From Ramazzottius varieornatus (taxonomy: Eukaryota > Animalia > Tardigrada): 64,000 nucleotides of DNA. This document shows, in pieces, positions 38,236 through 52,297 of this stretch (positions within the stretch are counted from its first letter, which is position 1; the number at the start of each line of letters is the position of its first letter). The notes under the pieces were generated by a model that was not told where the DNA came from, searched no databases, and saw only the letters and a list, made by a program, of their open reading frames with translations. Both the position numbers and the translations under genes were made by a program. Location of the stretch: NCBI GenBank assembly GCA_001949185.1, contig BDGG01000013.1, positions 751,845-815,844 of the forward strand, written 5' to 3'.

Positions 38236-38800
38236 TACGGGCGAGCGCAAAAGGCCGGCTTTAGGCTGTGCCGGTGAACCTATCGTCGTTCTCTCAATAT
38301 CATAAAACGGGTGACACACTAAATATAGAGGGCGCAACTTTTCCATGGCACAGGCATATTATTGAGCATTTGTAGCATAATTAGCATATCGGTTCCACTG
38401 AGGAATGATTGTTGCAGAATCCACGTTTTATCGCACCAACCGCAAAGTGTTGACAATATCCGGGAAACTTCGTATTACTCTCAAGAGCGTTAGATCTAAG
38501 CGGCATTCAGAAACATCGAGAAAGATATCCAATTTCGCTGATCAAGTGTAAAAGTGTGTCGAGAGCCAGCACCTTGCATAAGTGTCCGATCATCAAACAG
38601 GAAGTCTCACTTACCCTTTCATTGTTATGAATCAGACGCCGCTGTAAATCTTCATATCTCCAATATTTCCCCTGGTGTCTGCTGTTCTTTCGAGCGTAGT
38701 GAGTAGCGCTGTTGATAGTGTGCGGGACAAGTTAATTTTAACCTACAGGAATCTTTATGTTCGTTCGCTGAAAGCAAGTTTCCTGAGTTGAAGACATACA

Positions 38801-41800
38801 ATGCCGGTTCTTTCTCGTGTAATATTAAGATCGCCATTTTTATGCATATTATTTTCTACAACTGGGATATTTATCTGTTTGTCTGTTCCTATCTTTGCTC
38901 AAGAAGTTGAGATCAATGTTGAAGGTAACGATGAACTGATCCGTCATCCAGTCTACGGTCGAATTAGTGTACACTAATGTTTTGGAGAGAACTCGTTATT
39001 TACTTGAGAAGCTTTTTAGGAAATCCAAATCTTCGACAAGTCGTTCGGGTTAACAGTACGATAACTGCGCTGAATACCAATGTCTCTTCGCCATCAGCAA
39101 ACTCCAACACTACCGCACTCGCCAATAGTACGGCGGTCAACTCAACCTTGACCAACTCGGCAGTTTCTGGTAACCTGACCACAACAAACACCACATCAGT
39201 CAACGGTACGACGACCAACAGCACTACGAATGGCAACACGACCGCGATCGTTGTACCGCCGGACAGCAACAGCAGCAGCAGCGTCAACTCGGCCATCACC
39301 AACACCAATGGCACCACATCAGCAGCGAACACTTCATTGTCAAGTGTCAATAGTAATGCCACTGTCGGTGCCAATCTGACTTCTTCAAGCACAACCAACA
39401 ACAATACTTCTATGGTCGACGGTACCAGTAGCTCTGCCAACAGTACCACCATCTCGACAGCAGTTACAACCACAAACACCACCGCATCAAACGTAACGAC
39501 CAACGGAACTACCAACGGGACGAATGCAAATGGTACCAGCATTAGTACCGTCACCTCATCCAACACCACGATTATTTCAGCCAACGGATCTTCTGCAGTC
39601 AGCTCTGCAAACGGGACGACCACCAACGGCACCGGCCTAAATGTCACCAACACAACTACAGCCTCGTCGAACAGTACTTCGGGTAACACCACTGCTAATA
39701 GCGCAGGCATATCCTCAACCAATGCAACCATAAATAACTCTACCCTACCGGTGATATCAGCCTCGGCAGCCACCAACAGGTCTTCGGATGGTGCTGCCAC
39801 CCTACCGTCCGTGTTCATTTTAGGAGCTGCTTCCACGACACCAGCAGCAGCTCAAACAACCACACCGGCACCCACGGTTAACACACCAATCCCTACTACT
39901 CTTACTACCACTGCTACCGTTGCTCCCTCCACCACTCCTGCTACTACTCCCACCACCACCACCCCGACAACAGCAGTTACCGCCGCTTCAACTACAACAG
40001 GTCCTACTGCATCATCTGTGTTAGTTACCCCATCGATCCGCAATGATTCCACTCGGCCTTCCATCGTGGTCAACATCGACATCGATCTGGGCTCACTACA
40101 TCCAACCGACGCATCCACTACTTCACCGACACCTACCACCGCACCTACTATAAGTCCGTCTACTCCTACAGCAACCACACCTCTGACGACCAACGTACCA
40201 GGACAGGTCACCACCACATCAAGTGGAAACATCCCCATTACTCCTGTCACTGGTACTTCGGTTAACCCTAATGGTCTATCCACACTCGCATCAGCCACCA
40301 GCGTACCGCCAAGCAAACCAACTTTGGGAGAGTTACTTGCAAACAAGAACGGAACTCAAGTGGTATGCTTTTCGCTACCATTCGACTTGTTGGAAAAATT
40401 ACTACCGTTGATATCGAGCCTCGGCATCAGCCCCAATTCCGTCACAACTCCACCGCCTTCGGCCAGTTCTCCACTCTACAACCCCCTCACATCCGCGCCA
40501 ACACAACCGCCAGCCACAATACCCGGTGTATCAACCATAAATCCAGGTACTCCTCCCAACGGGAATTATCCATTTCTCGGTCCCTTCGGAGCTGGTTCAT
40601 ATGGTGGCTTCCGACCAACCGTGCCACCTCAGCCAACCTATGCCGTAACAGCTGCCACGACTACGACGTCGCGTTCGATGAACCCTTATCCAGTGATGCC
40701 GCCACAACAGGTGATGCAACCTGCCGGTGTAATTCCATATTACACCTATGCACCGGGCACAGGGTCACACTATGCAAACGCCCAGCCAGCTGCTCATAGT
40801 GGATACGGGGGACCTAGTATTTCCGTGCCGGCATATCCATTAACCTATGACAAGCCGGTGATGGCTGCCAGTGGAAGCTATGGAGGAACCTTGGCTCAAG
40901 CGCCAGCCCAGGCTGTAATCAGTACCGTGGACAGTGCGATGGCACCGCTACAAAGTCCGAAAGGTGTTTCGGTTTTGGAGTCCAAAGCTCTGACCAGAGG
41001 ACCGTTGGCTTCTCCACTGAACCGGCAACCAAGCGAGGCCAATTTGCCTGCATGGTGTACCAATACAAATCTGGTACCGGATGCGATCACTGTGACAGCG
41101 GACGGACTGACACATGTATTTATCGGTGAGCTCAGTTCATCGCAGCGTACGATAGAAATGCTAGTATTGTCGTGAAACAAACACACGACTTTTGACAACA
41201 TGTTTCCCGACTTCTGACACCGAAATGTGTTTCTTTACTGCTGTGACTTGTAGGCAATCAGGTCCTCAGCGTGAAGAACGCAAGCAGCGCCGACAAGAAA
41301 GTGGTGCAGAACCCAATACAGAAAATTTGGCGGGGACTACCACCTGATGTTGGTCGGATCAATGCAGCCACGACCAGACCAGATGGCACCACCTACTTAT
41401 TCTCCGTAAGTTGCCCTCTTCTGTAGGAGAGCGTTCCCCGATGTTTCGTGGATCCATCACCGATAAAATGTTTCTGCGGTCCACCGCAGGGTCCTTCGTT
41501 TTGGAAATTTGACAGCCTGTATCGCGTGGCACGAGATTCTCCAAGAAAGACTAGCATCGGCTTTCCGGGCGTGGCACAAATGGATGCAGTGTACCAAGAC
41601 CTCCTGTCAGATGGCGACATGAGCTTCCTACAAGGTAAAACTGAATCGTCCGTCACAAAACTCTGGTTTTCCTAGTGTGATCTTGTTCAGCGTACCACAA
41701 ACTCTGATCTTTAGGACCCGGCTATTTCACGTACAACCACAAAAAGTTTCCGCCGTATCAAGGCCCAGCTTCCTTGTCAGACCTTGGGCTGCCTAGTGAA

Positions 41801-42052
41801 GTCACCAAAGTTGACTCTGCTTTCACGGACTCAGCCACTAGAGACTTGTTGTTCGTGGTGGGAACCGCCATGTACCGTGTATCCCCCACGAACAATGGTC
41901 TAGCAAGAAGCTATAAGGTAAAACCTTCCTTCACTTAAAGGTTTTCCACCTGCAGATGATGCGCTACAGCACACATTTTGCTATTTTTTCCTTAGGTCCA
42001 ACCGGGTTATCCAAAACCCTTCCGAACGTTGTTCGGATGCCTGAATTTGTGA
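38801..42052 (+). CDS. Secreted mucin-like glycoprotein with C-terminal hemopexin-like repeats
   Basis: Signal-peptide exon 38801-38924; long Asn/Ser/Thr and Pro/Thr tracts; spliced C-terminus C..PDAIT...THVFIG, INAA...TYLFSG..FWKFD, MDAVY, VDSAF, GYPK...FGC. Confidence 0.82.
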
Positions 42053-43425
42053 TACACCAGCGTCGGCTTTTTAAGTTATTTTTTTCCCTTCTATTTTTCA
42101 AAGTGTTTGAGTCAGAAAAGTACGAAAAAGAGTACGACGTATCAATTAGTTGATGAATCCTCCGGGCCGCGCAGACTTATTGAACGAAAGCTTACACAAG
42201 GGTGAACTTAGTAAGCCCGCATCCGCCGTCCAGCGGTTCAAGGATAAGCCAAGCCTATCATCTTTTGTATAGGGTGTTTAATCATTAATGGCGACGTCCA
42301 TCGTTTACGCGATAACGGAAACGATGGAATGGCGAACATCATAAATTGCTGCGATGCCATAAAGCGAGCCCGTAATTGTTGCCCTTATCTCCTTTGTGAT
42401 ACGGACAAGGGTATGTTGAGAGGCTTCATAACCATCGCCGTGTTGTGCCTTGTCCCTCCTGTGGACGGCAGTCGAATCGAGCACGTAGCACAGTACAAGA
42501 ATATGCCCAGAATGGTCCACCATGAATAATCGACAAACTCCCGCCACAATTATGCCATGTTTTACATTTTAAACGGCATATCGGCCAAATTAGGACAAGC
42601 CATTGATTTCCGTCACGAACTTGATCGATCCTGAAGCCTGATTAGCTCCCTTTCTTTGAGTGCGCAGTGCGGTCCAGAGGATGCTTTTGCAGAGTACAAG
42701 TCCCAACATGCAACAGCTCGCACTAGCAGTCTACCATTTACCATTATCGACGTGACGACGGCCCACATTTCTTTCCTGTTTCTTTCTCCACGAAGCAACC
42801 CCAGTCCGGATACCAACAAATTATTCATCCTGTCTTTCGCAGCTGCAAAAATGTCCTTGTACCATCCATCAGTCATTTTTCCGCTGCCCTATTGATCCAG
42901 CTTGCTCCGTCACCCCTACGTACCATTCTTTCTCTCCAAAACCGGCAAACCCTTGCTTTCTCGCACCATCATAATACTTTCACTCTACCCCTCCAAGCTC
43001 CGTCGGGAATGTTCGGTTCTTGGAAGTAATCTAACTTTTTTCCCTTTCGTTGTTGTAGGTTTTGCCCACTCAAAAGGTGTCGGTCTGTCTGACGACGTCA
43101 CCGGTTTTTTATGGGGTACCTCGACACGACATTGAAGTGGGGCAAGAGTGTGCAATTACCATCGATCTAATATCCGTTATTAGCACCCAGCCTCTCCTGC
43201 TGCAAAGGACTTTCGGGAGCGACGATCCCGAAAGCTGCAGTGGGTAACAATTGATTGAGCGCTGCCACTTTCGATTGCCAGTAAAGTCAGTGAAGCATAA
43301 ATAAGCTGGCGTATTGATTGCTGCTGCCGGCATCAGGGGTTTGAGCTGAGTTCCTTTCTGAGCAAACGAGCCACTGGAGGATATCACGCACCTCGATCAA
43401 AGTCTTACTTTCCCTAAACCATGCC

Positions 43426-44695
43426 ATGCAGGGCAAATCCCGCTACTGGATCATAGCGGCATGTGTGCTGGAGATACTCTACGGACTAGCATTTATGGCC
43501 ATTGGCGTCGCTTGCTCATACCTGGCGGTTCCGCGTGCTAACACCAGTCCGGTCAAGGTTCCGCTGACATGGCAAGCCGGAAGCGAAGCGGGAACCGGCA
43601 TGGACTACCAGTCGGACTATCAGATACGGAAAGAGATTACGGGTAAAATCATCTAAGCCAAGACCTATTCTTGACAAAAATCGTAGACAGACATCGCCGT
43701 TCTGCCAGTTTGCTCGCTTCTACATACTATAATTCATCGTGCTGCCTAATCCACGAACAATTTTCAACCATCGTTCAATACGTACTACGAAATTCCGAGC
43801 AATATTGTGCTTCAACATTTCCTATCGAGTGAAAAGTGGACTCATTGTAGGACAAGGAATATGGCTATCAATCCTGTACGTTCTCACCGGCTTTCTTGGA
43901 GTTGTCACCGGTCAGGAAAACGACCGAGTCGTTCCCCTCCTCCACACCATCCTGGCACTCGTCTGTATCACATGGGCACCCCTCATGTGGGAAATGCTGT
44001 ACCTTTTGGTGCGTCCAGCTTCCACATTCCCCTACAGCTTCCTCTACGAGATGGACTTTATCACATCGCAGTCGCACTGGATCGCCTACATCGTCACCAT
44101 CTGTGTGGTCGTTGCCGGTTCAGCACTGTATCTGTTCAGCGCCGCGTTGGCCGCTTACCAGTACGGCCTGCGTATGGTCGATCGAAGTGTGGCATTGAAG
44201 GAATCTTCTCCTCGACGATCGCACTTGGACGTTGAGGCTGTCCGAGCATCTCCCGCTGTCACTCGCTCAAGGCAAAGCTTAGCCATGCGAGAGTCCAAAT
44301 CGCCGGAAGCGACAAGGATAGCGCGAAGCAGCACGAACCATTCAACACTGAGACATGGTTCGGAACGAGGAAGAGAAGTTTATGATTCGCCCAAAACCGA
44401 TCTGACCATGAGGAGACTGCGGAGCGAGCGTTCCTCGGAGGAAGGACTGACTGATCAACCGAGGACGAGATCGACCTACGAGAACCTGGCCAATGGTCCA
44501 CAGCACAGCGCGAGGTCGCACCGTTCGAGTACTGCGACGGACTTGGATGAAGAAGAGGGCGGCTATCGAGTACTACCCAGTTTGAAACAGAATGGTCCCA
44601 GCCCGAACGTTCTGAAGAGGAACCAGGAGGAAAACGTCGACCATTCTGTGGTTTTGAGTCATTATTATCGTGATGCTCAAGAGGCTGTTGTTTAA
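43426..44695 (+). CDS. Four-TM MS4A/CD20-like membrane protein with Ser/Arg-rich cytoplasmic tail
   Basis: Exon 1 TM (ends near 43641) spliced to the exon starting near 43851 (GQGIWLSILYVLTGFLG plus two more TMs); charged low-complexity tail. Confidence 0.6.
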
Positions 44696-44951
44696 ATATG
44701 GAGAGGATTTCATCGCAATAATGAACACCATATCATGATCATACATTTTTTTCGCTTTTGCGCGTACTGGAAGTTTTTCTATCGATTATCTGGTTCCGGC
44801 ATTACGATGAAAGACGTATCGTAATAGTTCATCCCAGAAATTTGGTACATGTCCGTGCTGCCGCGATTTTTGGGAACAGCTAGCAACATTGCAATAATTG
44901 TAACGGGTACTCATGCTCCGATCATCTTGACTCGTTTTGCTCACCGCATAG

Positions 44952-45121
44952 CAGAGCTGCGGAGCTATTTAGCTCGTTTTAGCTCGCGAGCTGAATCTGC
45001 CTTTTTTCTACGAAACGCAGAACAGGGTTGTGCAGCGCACAAACCTGGATGAGCTTTTTGTAAAAACCTCGTAGAAGAAAGGCGAAATGAGCCGAACGAG
45101 CTAAATAGCTCCGCAGGACTG
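44952..45121. mobile_element. hAT-type MITE (170 bp), 8-bp TSD CCGCATAG
   Basis: ccgcatag|cagagctgcggagctatttagctcgtt ... aacgagctaaatagctccgcaggactg|ccgcatag. Confidence 0.9.
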
Positions 45122-45355
45122 CCGCATAGGTGGAACATGCACGACGGTCGAACCGAGATAACAAAACAATGCCGATGCCTTTCCAACTGAAGCTGAATGA
45201 TAACGTTAGCATTACCCTGTGCGAAACTTTGCAAGTTGCTTTTGCTCAATCAGCCTACTGTGCTTTGCAGAATTTAGTAAATCCTAAACAAAAATTCCTT
45301 TCGAGTGCTACTTACTCCTTGAGCCGATCTTTTGGTATTATTTACCGACGGGAAA

Positions 45356-46770
45356 ATGTCAGGGTTGAAGGTCGTTACGTTATTTGTAGGCACAGTGCTG
45401 CTGATTTTTCCCTGTGGCCGAGCAATGGTTTGTTGAAATATGCGCTTAGTTTCTGACTGCTGTGATCCATGACCGATTCTCCAATAGCAACTTTTTTCAG
45501 CCCATAGGGACAGACGACGTCGAGGAACCAGATCTCCTACAAGGAAGCGAGTACAACAGTCGAGGAGGTATTGTTTTTTAGACAAACCATCAGACGATCA
45601 GAAACGAGCGCTTAACCTAGCTTCTGTTGACGTTCCCCAGAAGTGGGCGTGTGGCTAGAACGTAGCCTTGTTGTTTCTAGATTTGGTCGAGGGGGACATG
45701 TTGCTGGATGATCAGGTAAACTCAGGATGAAATGTCGTAAGCACGGCGAAATTTGGCCACGCTGTTAGGACAAATAAATGCATCAAAGCCATAATTTTTT
45801 AGGACCTATCCCGAAATGGACTTCTGAACGCGCGGTACCTGTGGCGGTACCGGCGAGTCTACTACACCATTGCCGCCAACTTCAGCGCCGAAGACAGAGC
45901 ACTCATTCGAGAAGTAAGGCCTGGACAACGACGTGCGTGAAGGCAGGCCTCCGATCACGGACTGTTCTGGTTTCAGTCTCTTCGGGAGTATGATCGCAAA
46001 ACCTGCCTCCAGCTCATTGAACTACCTCAAGTAATGACCAGCCGGCCACCATGGATGGAAGACTACATTGTGGTTTATTCCGAGGACGATGGGTACGAGC
46101 TGATATTGAAGCACATGTGCACATGTTTACGAAATTTTTTGACTGTTGAGACCGATAGCCTTTCCGTACAGGTGCTATTCCTCCGTGGGTCGTCGGGGTG
46201 GAGCCCAGCGAGTATACCAGTCCTACTCTCTACAGTGTGGGGACTTTGACTGATTTTTGCTCTTCATTTTAGTTGAACCTGCAGTCGCCGGGCTGTATGA
46301 GACGCGGGACTATTATCCATGAGTTCATGCACGCAATTGGGTGAGATTGATCGACTAGTCCCAATTCTTCAAGTGCAGCACATTCGATCCTTTGACAGGT
46401 TCTACCACGAGCAAAGTCGCACCGATCGAGATGACTATGTGGAAATCAACTGGGCCAACATCCCCGACGACAAGCGACACAACTTCGACACTTATCCCTG
46501 GAGCCGCATCACGGTCCTGGGCGAGCCTTACGATTATGAATCGGTCATGCACTACAGTAGGTTCTTCGTTCACTGGAAACGCAAAAGGTAGAACTAGAAA
46601 CAACTACCATTTTTGAAATGTTCCTCTGGCATACAGGCTCTACGGCTTTTACAAATGTGTCGGGAGTTCAGACAATTATCCCGAAACAACCGGGAGTGAT
46701 CATGGGACAACGTGTGGATTTCTCCTTGAGTGACATTAAGAAGATCAATCGACGATACGCATGTTCTTGA
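45356..46770 (+). CDS. Second secreted astacin (M12A) metalloprotease, multi-exon
   Basis: Signal [43 protein letters not shown]|[21 protein letters not shown], ends INRRYACS. Confidence 0.88.
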
Positions 46771-48112
46771 GTTCAGCAGGTTCACAGGAGCCTCATTGCC
46801 GTTCGCTTTGTTTCTGATTTGAGATCTTGTTCGTTAGATGAGGTTCCCGTTTTGCGGCCTTTACCACTTTACTGACATTTCGACTGCAGAGATGCGTATT
46901 TTCTTGCTCGTCTGGGCGGACCTGCAGCCGTAATACGGCAGTTTCATAGCTTCCTGTAGTGTATCTGATTAGAGACGGATAAAAAAGACCGTCCTCGTAT
47001 CACAGCCGAACAAATTCCAGATAACAACCCGGAAACACAATAGTGTTTATATCATTATAATTATAATGCATCACTAATATAATGTCTACAAAACGTGCCA
47101 AGGAGCGTCTAGTGACTATGATAAGGAGAAACCGAGGGTACCTAGGCTATTTTGTTCACAAAGTGATCATATGCAGAGTGCTCTTTAACCCAAACTTCTT
47201 TCAACACCTTGTACTTTTCCAGCATTATAATTTACGATGAAAAATCGAGAAACAATGGCGAAGGATGGTCGCCGATCGGTTGTCGGATTTCTGGTTTTTT
47301 TCTTCGCGGTGACCTGTTACGCCATCCAAGCATCTGACGCTGACGACAATGATTTGGGTATCTGCATACGAGAATGCCTCCAAAGTGTTTTTCCTCCGAA
47401 TCGGTCTTTTATAACATCAGGTTCTTTTGAACATCAAACTGTACCATAAGTTGCATTTGCTACCATTTGCTACCAAAATGAACGTTGTACCAGTGTCCGA
47501 AAAATTTGAGGTTTCGAATCGAAAATGCAGGGGTTTAGTCCAGCCAGTCTTGGCGTCAGTAGCGTGCGATTTCTGGAGACACGTACCTGCAGCTGTCTTT
47601 ACATTAGCTTGTTTCCAACACCTTTCGCTTGATTGATTGATTAAGTGGACGTGCGCAGTACGCTGCACAGCGTGTGTGCGCGGATCAGCCTCATGGCTGC
47701 CACTTTCGAAGCTTTCAGAAATATGTGCGTAACCTCTTTACCTTTGGTCGGATAAGCTTTCTGCAAACGAATTCAGGTTCCGGGATGTCTGCAAAATGAT
47801 GGCAGACACGCGCATCAAAAACTTGTCGGGGGACAAAACACAAAAACTCGATTCCTGAACAGTTTGGTCCGACACCCCTTGGACATTACCTCCTTCTCGA
47901 CGATATCTTCCTGTTTGCGGACCAGTGGATGCAACCAACAATATGTGGAAAAATGTACCGTGGTATCCTTATCAGTTCCGGTACACCGATGACGGAAAAG
48001 AAGGTAACGAAGGAATGCAGTTTGTGTAGGCCACTCACAACTGCACGTACAGAAGTCTGTCAGATTTTCATAGTACCAATGCGAACTTCGCCATCACGCA
48101 ATCTTCTGTGGT

Positions 48113-51100
48113 TAGTGTAGGTCCGACCCGACCGGGTCGATCGACCAATGGTCGTTTGGTCGATGGTCGATCGACCCTGTGGTCACCGCAATGTTAGGAT
48201 TTAAAGGGCCATAAAGGCTCGGAAATCTCATGAGGCTGACGAGTGGGTACGTGAGCGTTCTCGTGATATTGATTTTTGTCTGATGTATGGCTATTGTAGA
48301 CTTGACGCAGGTAAAAGGTAGAAAAAATGATAAAAGGAACAAAAACACTAATCGGCGAACACGTCGTCCGGCACTGATTCATCGTCGGTAGTTTCCCAGC
48401 AGTCATGGTCTTCATCCTCAGAGTCTTCCACAACTTCATCTTTTATCCATTCCTCGTCGTTCTCATCCGGGCCATGCTCAAGGAAAGATCCTTCCCACGA
48501 CCTCGAGCATATGGACGCCCTGATTGTAAGCGCTTGCATCTTCGATCGGTTGTAGTGTATAAGCATACGGCCCAGTGAATTGGTCTGTTCGGAAGCAATT
48601 GCAGTGGCTTGAATGACCATATGGTCAAAGGTCATCGACTGCAGATTACCATACTTCGCCCCATTCCGTTTCTACCACTCAATTGGATCAATTTGGGCGT
48701 TGGCTGGTTTTTTTAGTATGTACGCGTCCAAGTTGTCGGCATCTAGTGAGACATACGAAGTGCTGGCGGAGGTTGTGGCTAATGTGGATACTGATCCAGA
48801 ACCACCACTGGCTCTCGCCTGAGCTTTTTTCAGCGCCCGGTCGTATATGCCGGGTTTGCTTGTACATTGGCGCTGAGTGTCGTTTCTGTCACCAAATAAA
48901 TTATGTGAACATTTCACAGCAAAATTTGACCTCTCTCCCCATCATCGTTTCTCTATAGTTATTTACTCGTTAAGACAGTCGAAGGCTGAATACGTCTTCG
49001 GGCGGCCAGTGAGTTTGGCTGTATGAACTGTTCACAGGATTTACCTCGAAGCAGTCTGATATCTCACCAGCGTTTCACGCATAAGCGGTAGTACTCTTTC
49101 TTTCGCATCCGGTGTCAGAATGGACACGTCGGACCTTGGGTCCAGTACCGTCGCTGCGAGCACTTCGGTCAGGTTGACCTTCTCCCAGTAGAAGTCCATC
49201 TTCTGCTGCATTGCTTCCACGGCTTCTTCAATATCGGGATGGTCTGCAAGTGTTGATATATTTAATCAGTTTGTCCAGGCCAATAATTAGGCAGGGTAAG
49301 TAAACGGTACTGTCAGCGTCAGGACCGACGCGGCCTGTATCGATTATCGAATAGATAAAACTGTTGCTCATGGGACGGGCATGGTACCGAAAAGTTAAGT
49401 AGTTTCGGTTTGATTGATGAAATGTGGCCTGGCCATAATACTGCCAATCCGCTATTGAAGTTATGCCAGCAACCCGAAGCCAGTTGCACGTAGGCTTGAC
49501 GTAGGCAACTCAAGTGAATGTAATCAATTTTGGGCAATGGCGAATTTCACCATTTTTTACTGGAGTTTCACCGGTGTGTCACCAATTCATCATAACTGCC
49601 CGAAGTCTCGCGAAGATCAAACATAATTCTTTCACCTGCGGGAACGTATTTCGATAAGCTTTAACCGCACCAGCAGAAACGTTCTATATCCTGTCGGCGG
49701 TAAAAGAGGTCATGCCTTTGGAAACGCATGTCAAAGTCGTAACAAAATATTTGTCGTATTCAGTTGGACGGATTCGGATTCGTTTTGTCTTTATGATACT
49801 TACTCTGTACTAAAGGGAAGGCGATCAAAACAAGCTTCCCTGGTTGAAAATTTTATGGAGAAGCCGTGGAGCTGCTGAATGGTCTTGGCGCAGTTATGGT
49901 GAAACTTCGAGTGGTTATTGATAAATGGTGACACTCCGGTGAGACTTCAGAAAAAAATGGTGAAATTCGCCATTGCCCGAAATCGATTACATTCATTTGA
50001 GTTGCCTACGTCAAGCCTACGTCCTATTGGTTTCAGGCCGCCGGGATAACTTCAATGGCGGATTTGCAGTATTATGGCCGGGCCACATTTCATCAATCAA
50101 ACCAAAACTACTTAACTTCTCGGTACCATGACCGTCCCATAAGCAAAAGTTTTATGCATTCCGTACAGGCCGCGTCCCCTGGTCAGGGTCACTGTGTTCT
50201 CCTTACCTGATGCAGTTTGTTCTTCCAAATGCTCTTTCAACTCGTTCATTACTGGAAGGACCTTCGACAAAGTGGGTTTTTCTTTCTGGATAATTCCAGC
50301 GTAGCCTCGTACAATGGCTTCAGCAGAGAAACAAACATTTCCACTTCGTCCCATTGGAAGTCATTCATTTGGTATTCATCCATGTTTCTATAAGTCCTGG
50401 AAAACTCGTCCAGACTGGATCGGAAGGTCAGGGCAACATTCAACATCATGTACGTCGAGTTCCAGCGTGTAGTAACATCCAACGGTACACGTATAGCTTC
50501 TCGCTTGGGTCGCTGTTTCTTTTGTATTTTTTGAAAATGGGAGAACGCTTTGTCGTGTCCAAGCGTCTTGGCGTACTCGCGCACCACGGTGGTGGTATCT
50601 TGTAGTTCTTTCACTCCTTCCTGACATACCAGATTGATGACATGAGCAGCACATCTTACTCGAATAATTTGGGGCTGCTCGATTTGCCACCAGTCCATCG
50701 CGGAATCCAGATTGGTGGCATTATATCTGCCGTAACGGAGACGATACGATCCGTTATGCGGAAGTATCAGTGATTTTCTTCAAAGCTTTAAAGGTGGTCT
50801 CTCCGTCATGCGGATGTTCGATGCGAACGAAGTCAAGAACGCAGTTGAAGAAGGTTTCGTGGTCCGGTGAGAACCAATGTGCAGTGACCACAAGGAAGCT
50901 GAGTCTGTTTATCGCACTCCAGTAACCAGTTTTTAAAGCGATCTTACTGCCAGTATCTTGCAACAGATCCTTCAGCTGCCGTCTTGCTTCGAAGAAATGG
51001 GTCTTAATATCCCTGCTGATAGCCTTACGTCCGGGAGGCTCGTAGTTCTTATGACACTTCTTCAGAAGCCTTCGGAAATACTTGTTGGATACCACTCGAA

Positions 51101-52297
51101 AAGCTTGGAAGTCGTGGTACACCCATCGAACCAGAGCACGATCAATTTCCTCCTTCAGCTGTGGGTTGATCCTCCTCGCGGTGGAGGGTCGAACGACATG
51201 GCCCTCGTCCTGGATGCGGTGGGCTTTCTCAACGTGCCTCCACAGGTTTGTAGTCGATGTCGAGAAATCCTTACCGCATTCCTGCTTGGTCTTCGGATCC
51301 ACAACGATACATCTCGCCCCTTTCACCTTCTTGCGGATATTACGTGAGGCAGGCAGCATACTGAAGTAAACCCAAACTTTCGACGCCACTGACCGTTGAC
51401 TATCCTGGCTTTCGTTGTCGTCGCCTCCGTTACTGCGGTCTTCTCGGTCATCTTCATCGAGATCAGATGGTAGTGGTGGGTTGTCATTTTGCCAGTCGCC
51501 GTCTTCATCCGAATTATGCTCCGAACTGTCGCTCCGGTGCACCGTCGGTTGAACAGTCTTCCGGGTCTTTCGGCCTCTGGCTGGTTGTGCTGCAGTTGTA
51601 CTCGACAAATGGCGCGTACTCAATCAAAGCTTCGGTATTGTTTTCCCGTAGTCCCCCATAGCTAAAAACCAGCGCTGACCACTGCGCCACTTGCAAGAGG
51701 CGGAAGCTATACAGTTGAGAGCTTAAGCACAACCATGACCTCGACTCTAAATCTAAACTTCCTGAGTTCCCTGTGAGTTCACGTGTACTAGCTGAATTCA
51801 TGGCAACAAGCAATACCAAGCTTAGCGGGAAACAATTGTTCAATCTGCACCTTACGACGTGTTCTCTGTTATGATTCAACAAGACCAAATCAGATTTCGT
51901 TACAATGCTCGCGCTGCATACCCGATTGTCGGTCTGTAAGGCTTCTTCTTCTGATGTGGGGAAATGCACACATGCATCGTTAGTAAGGGCCTCCAAACCT
52001 CACGCGGTAATGTGTACTTCAGTTACGTGGGGACCACGGACGCGTTAGGCGCCTAACAATGCACTGTCAAAAGCGGAGTGGCAGAAATCAGCAAAACCGG
52101 ACCATTTTTACCCGATTATCGTCTGATGATGTTCGCGCGTCGACCTCGTGCTGCATCCTCAAAACCGTTAATGCTAACTGTTTCCACGTTGAAATGTGTG
52201 AACAAGCATAGATATTCTAGCAATCTGTCGACCTGCAGGTCGACCATCGACCAAACGACCACATGGTCATCGACCCGGTCGGGTCGGACCTACACCA
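48113..52297 (-). mobile_element. hAT transposon (4185 bp including nested MITE), 8-bp TSD TCTGTGGT, frameshifted transposase
   Basis: TIR t(a/g)gtgtaggtccgacccgaccgggtcgat with ggtcga subterminal repeats; BED finger, RCAAH, DVTTRWNSTY and dimerisation-domain remnant. Confidence 0.95.
49320..50181. mobile_element. hAT-type MITE (862 bp) with ~280-bp TIRs, nested in a transposase intron
   Basis: gtcagcgt|cagg...cctg|gtcagggt (8-bp TSD, 1 mismatch); 49320-49600 is inverted relative to 49900-50181. Confidence 0.92.

Noticed and set aside
39000-40346. Long Val-rich minus-strand ORFs
   Set aside because: Antisense shadows of Thr-rich mucin codons.
41918-41995. Intron with taag|gtaaaa...ttttccttag ends as a second introner
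   Set aside because: Complementarity is only ~10 nt and is explained by ordinary splice consensus.
42700-43000. Possible decayed CR1/L2 LINE 3' end
   Set aside because: Resemblance is too weak to support without a search.
47856-47858. In-frame TGA as possible selenocysteine in the MAM paralogue
   Set aside because: Does not align exactly to the conserved Cys, an acceptor just downstream bypasses it, and no SECIS was seen.
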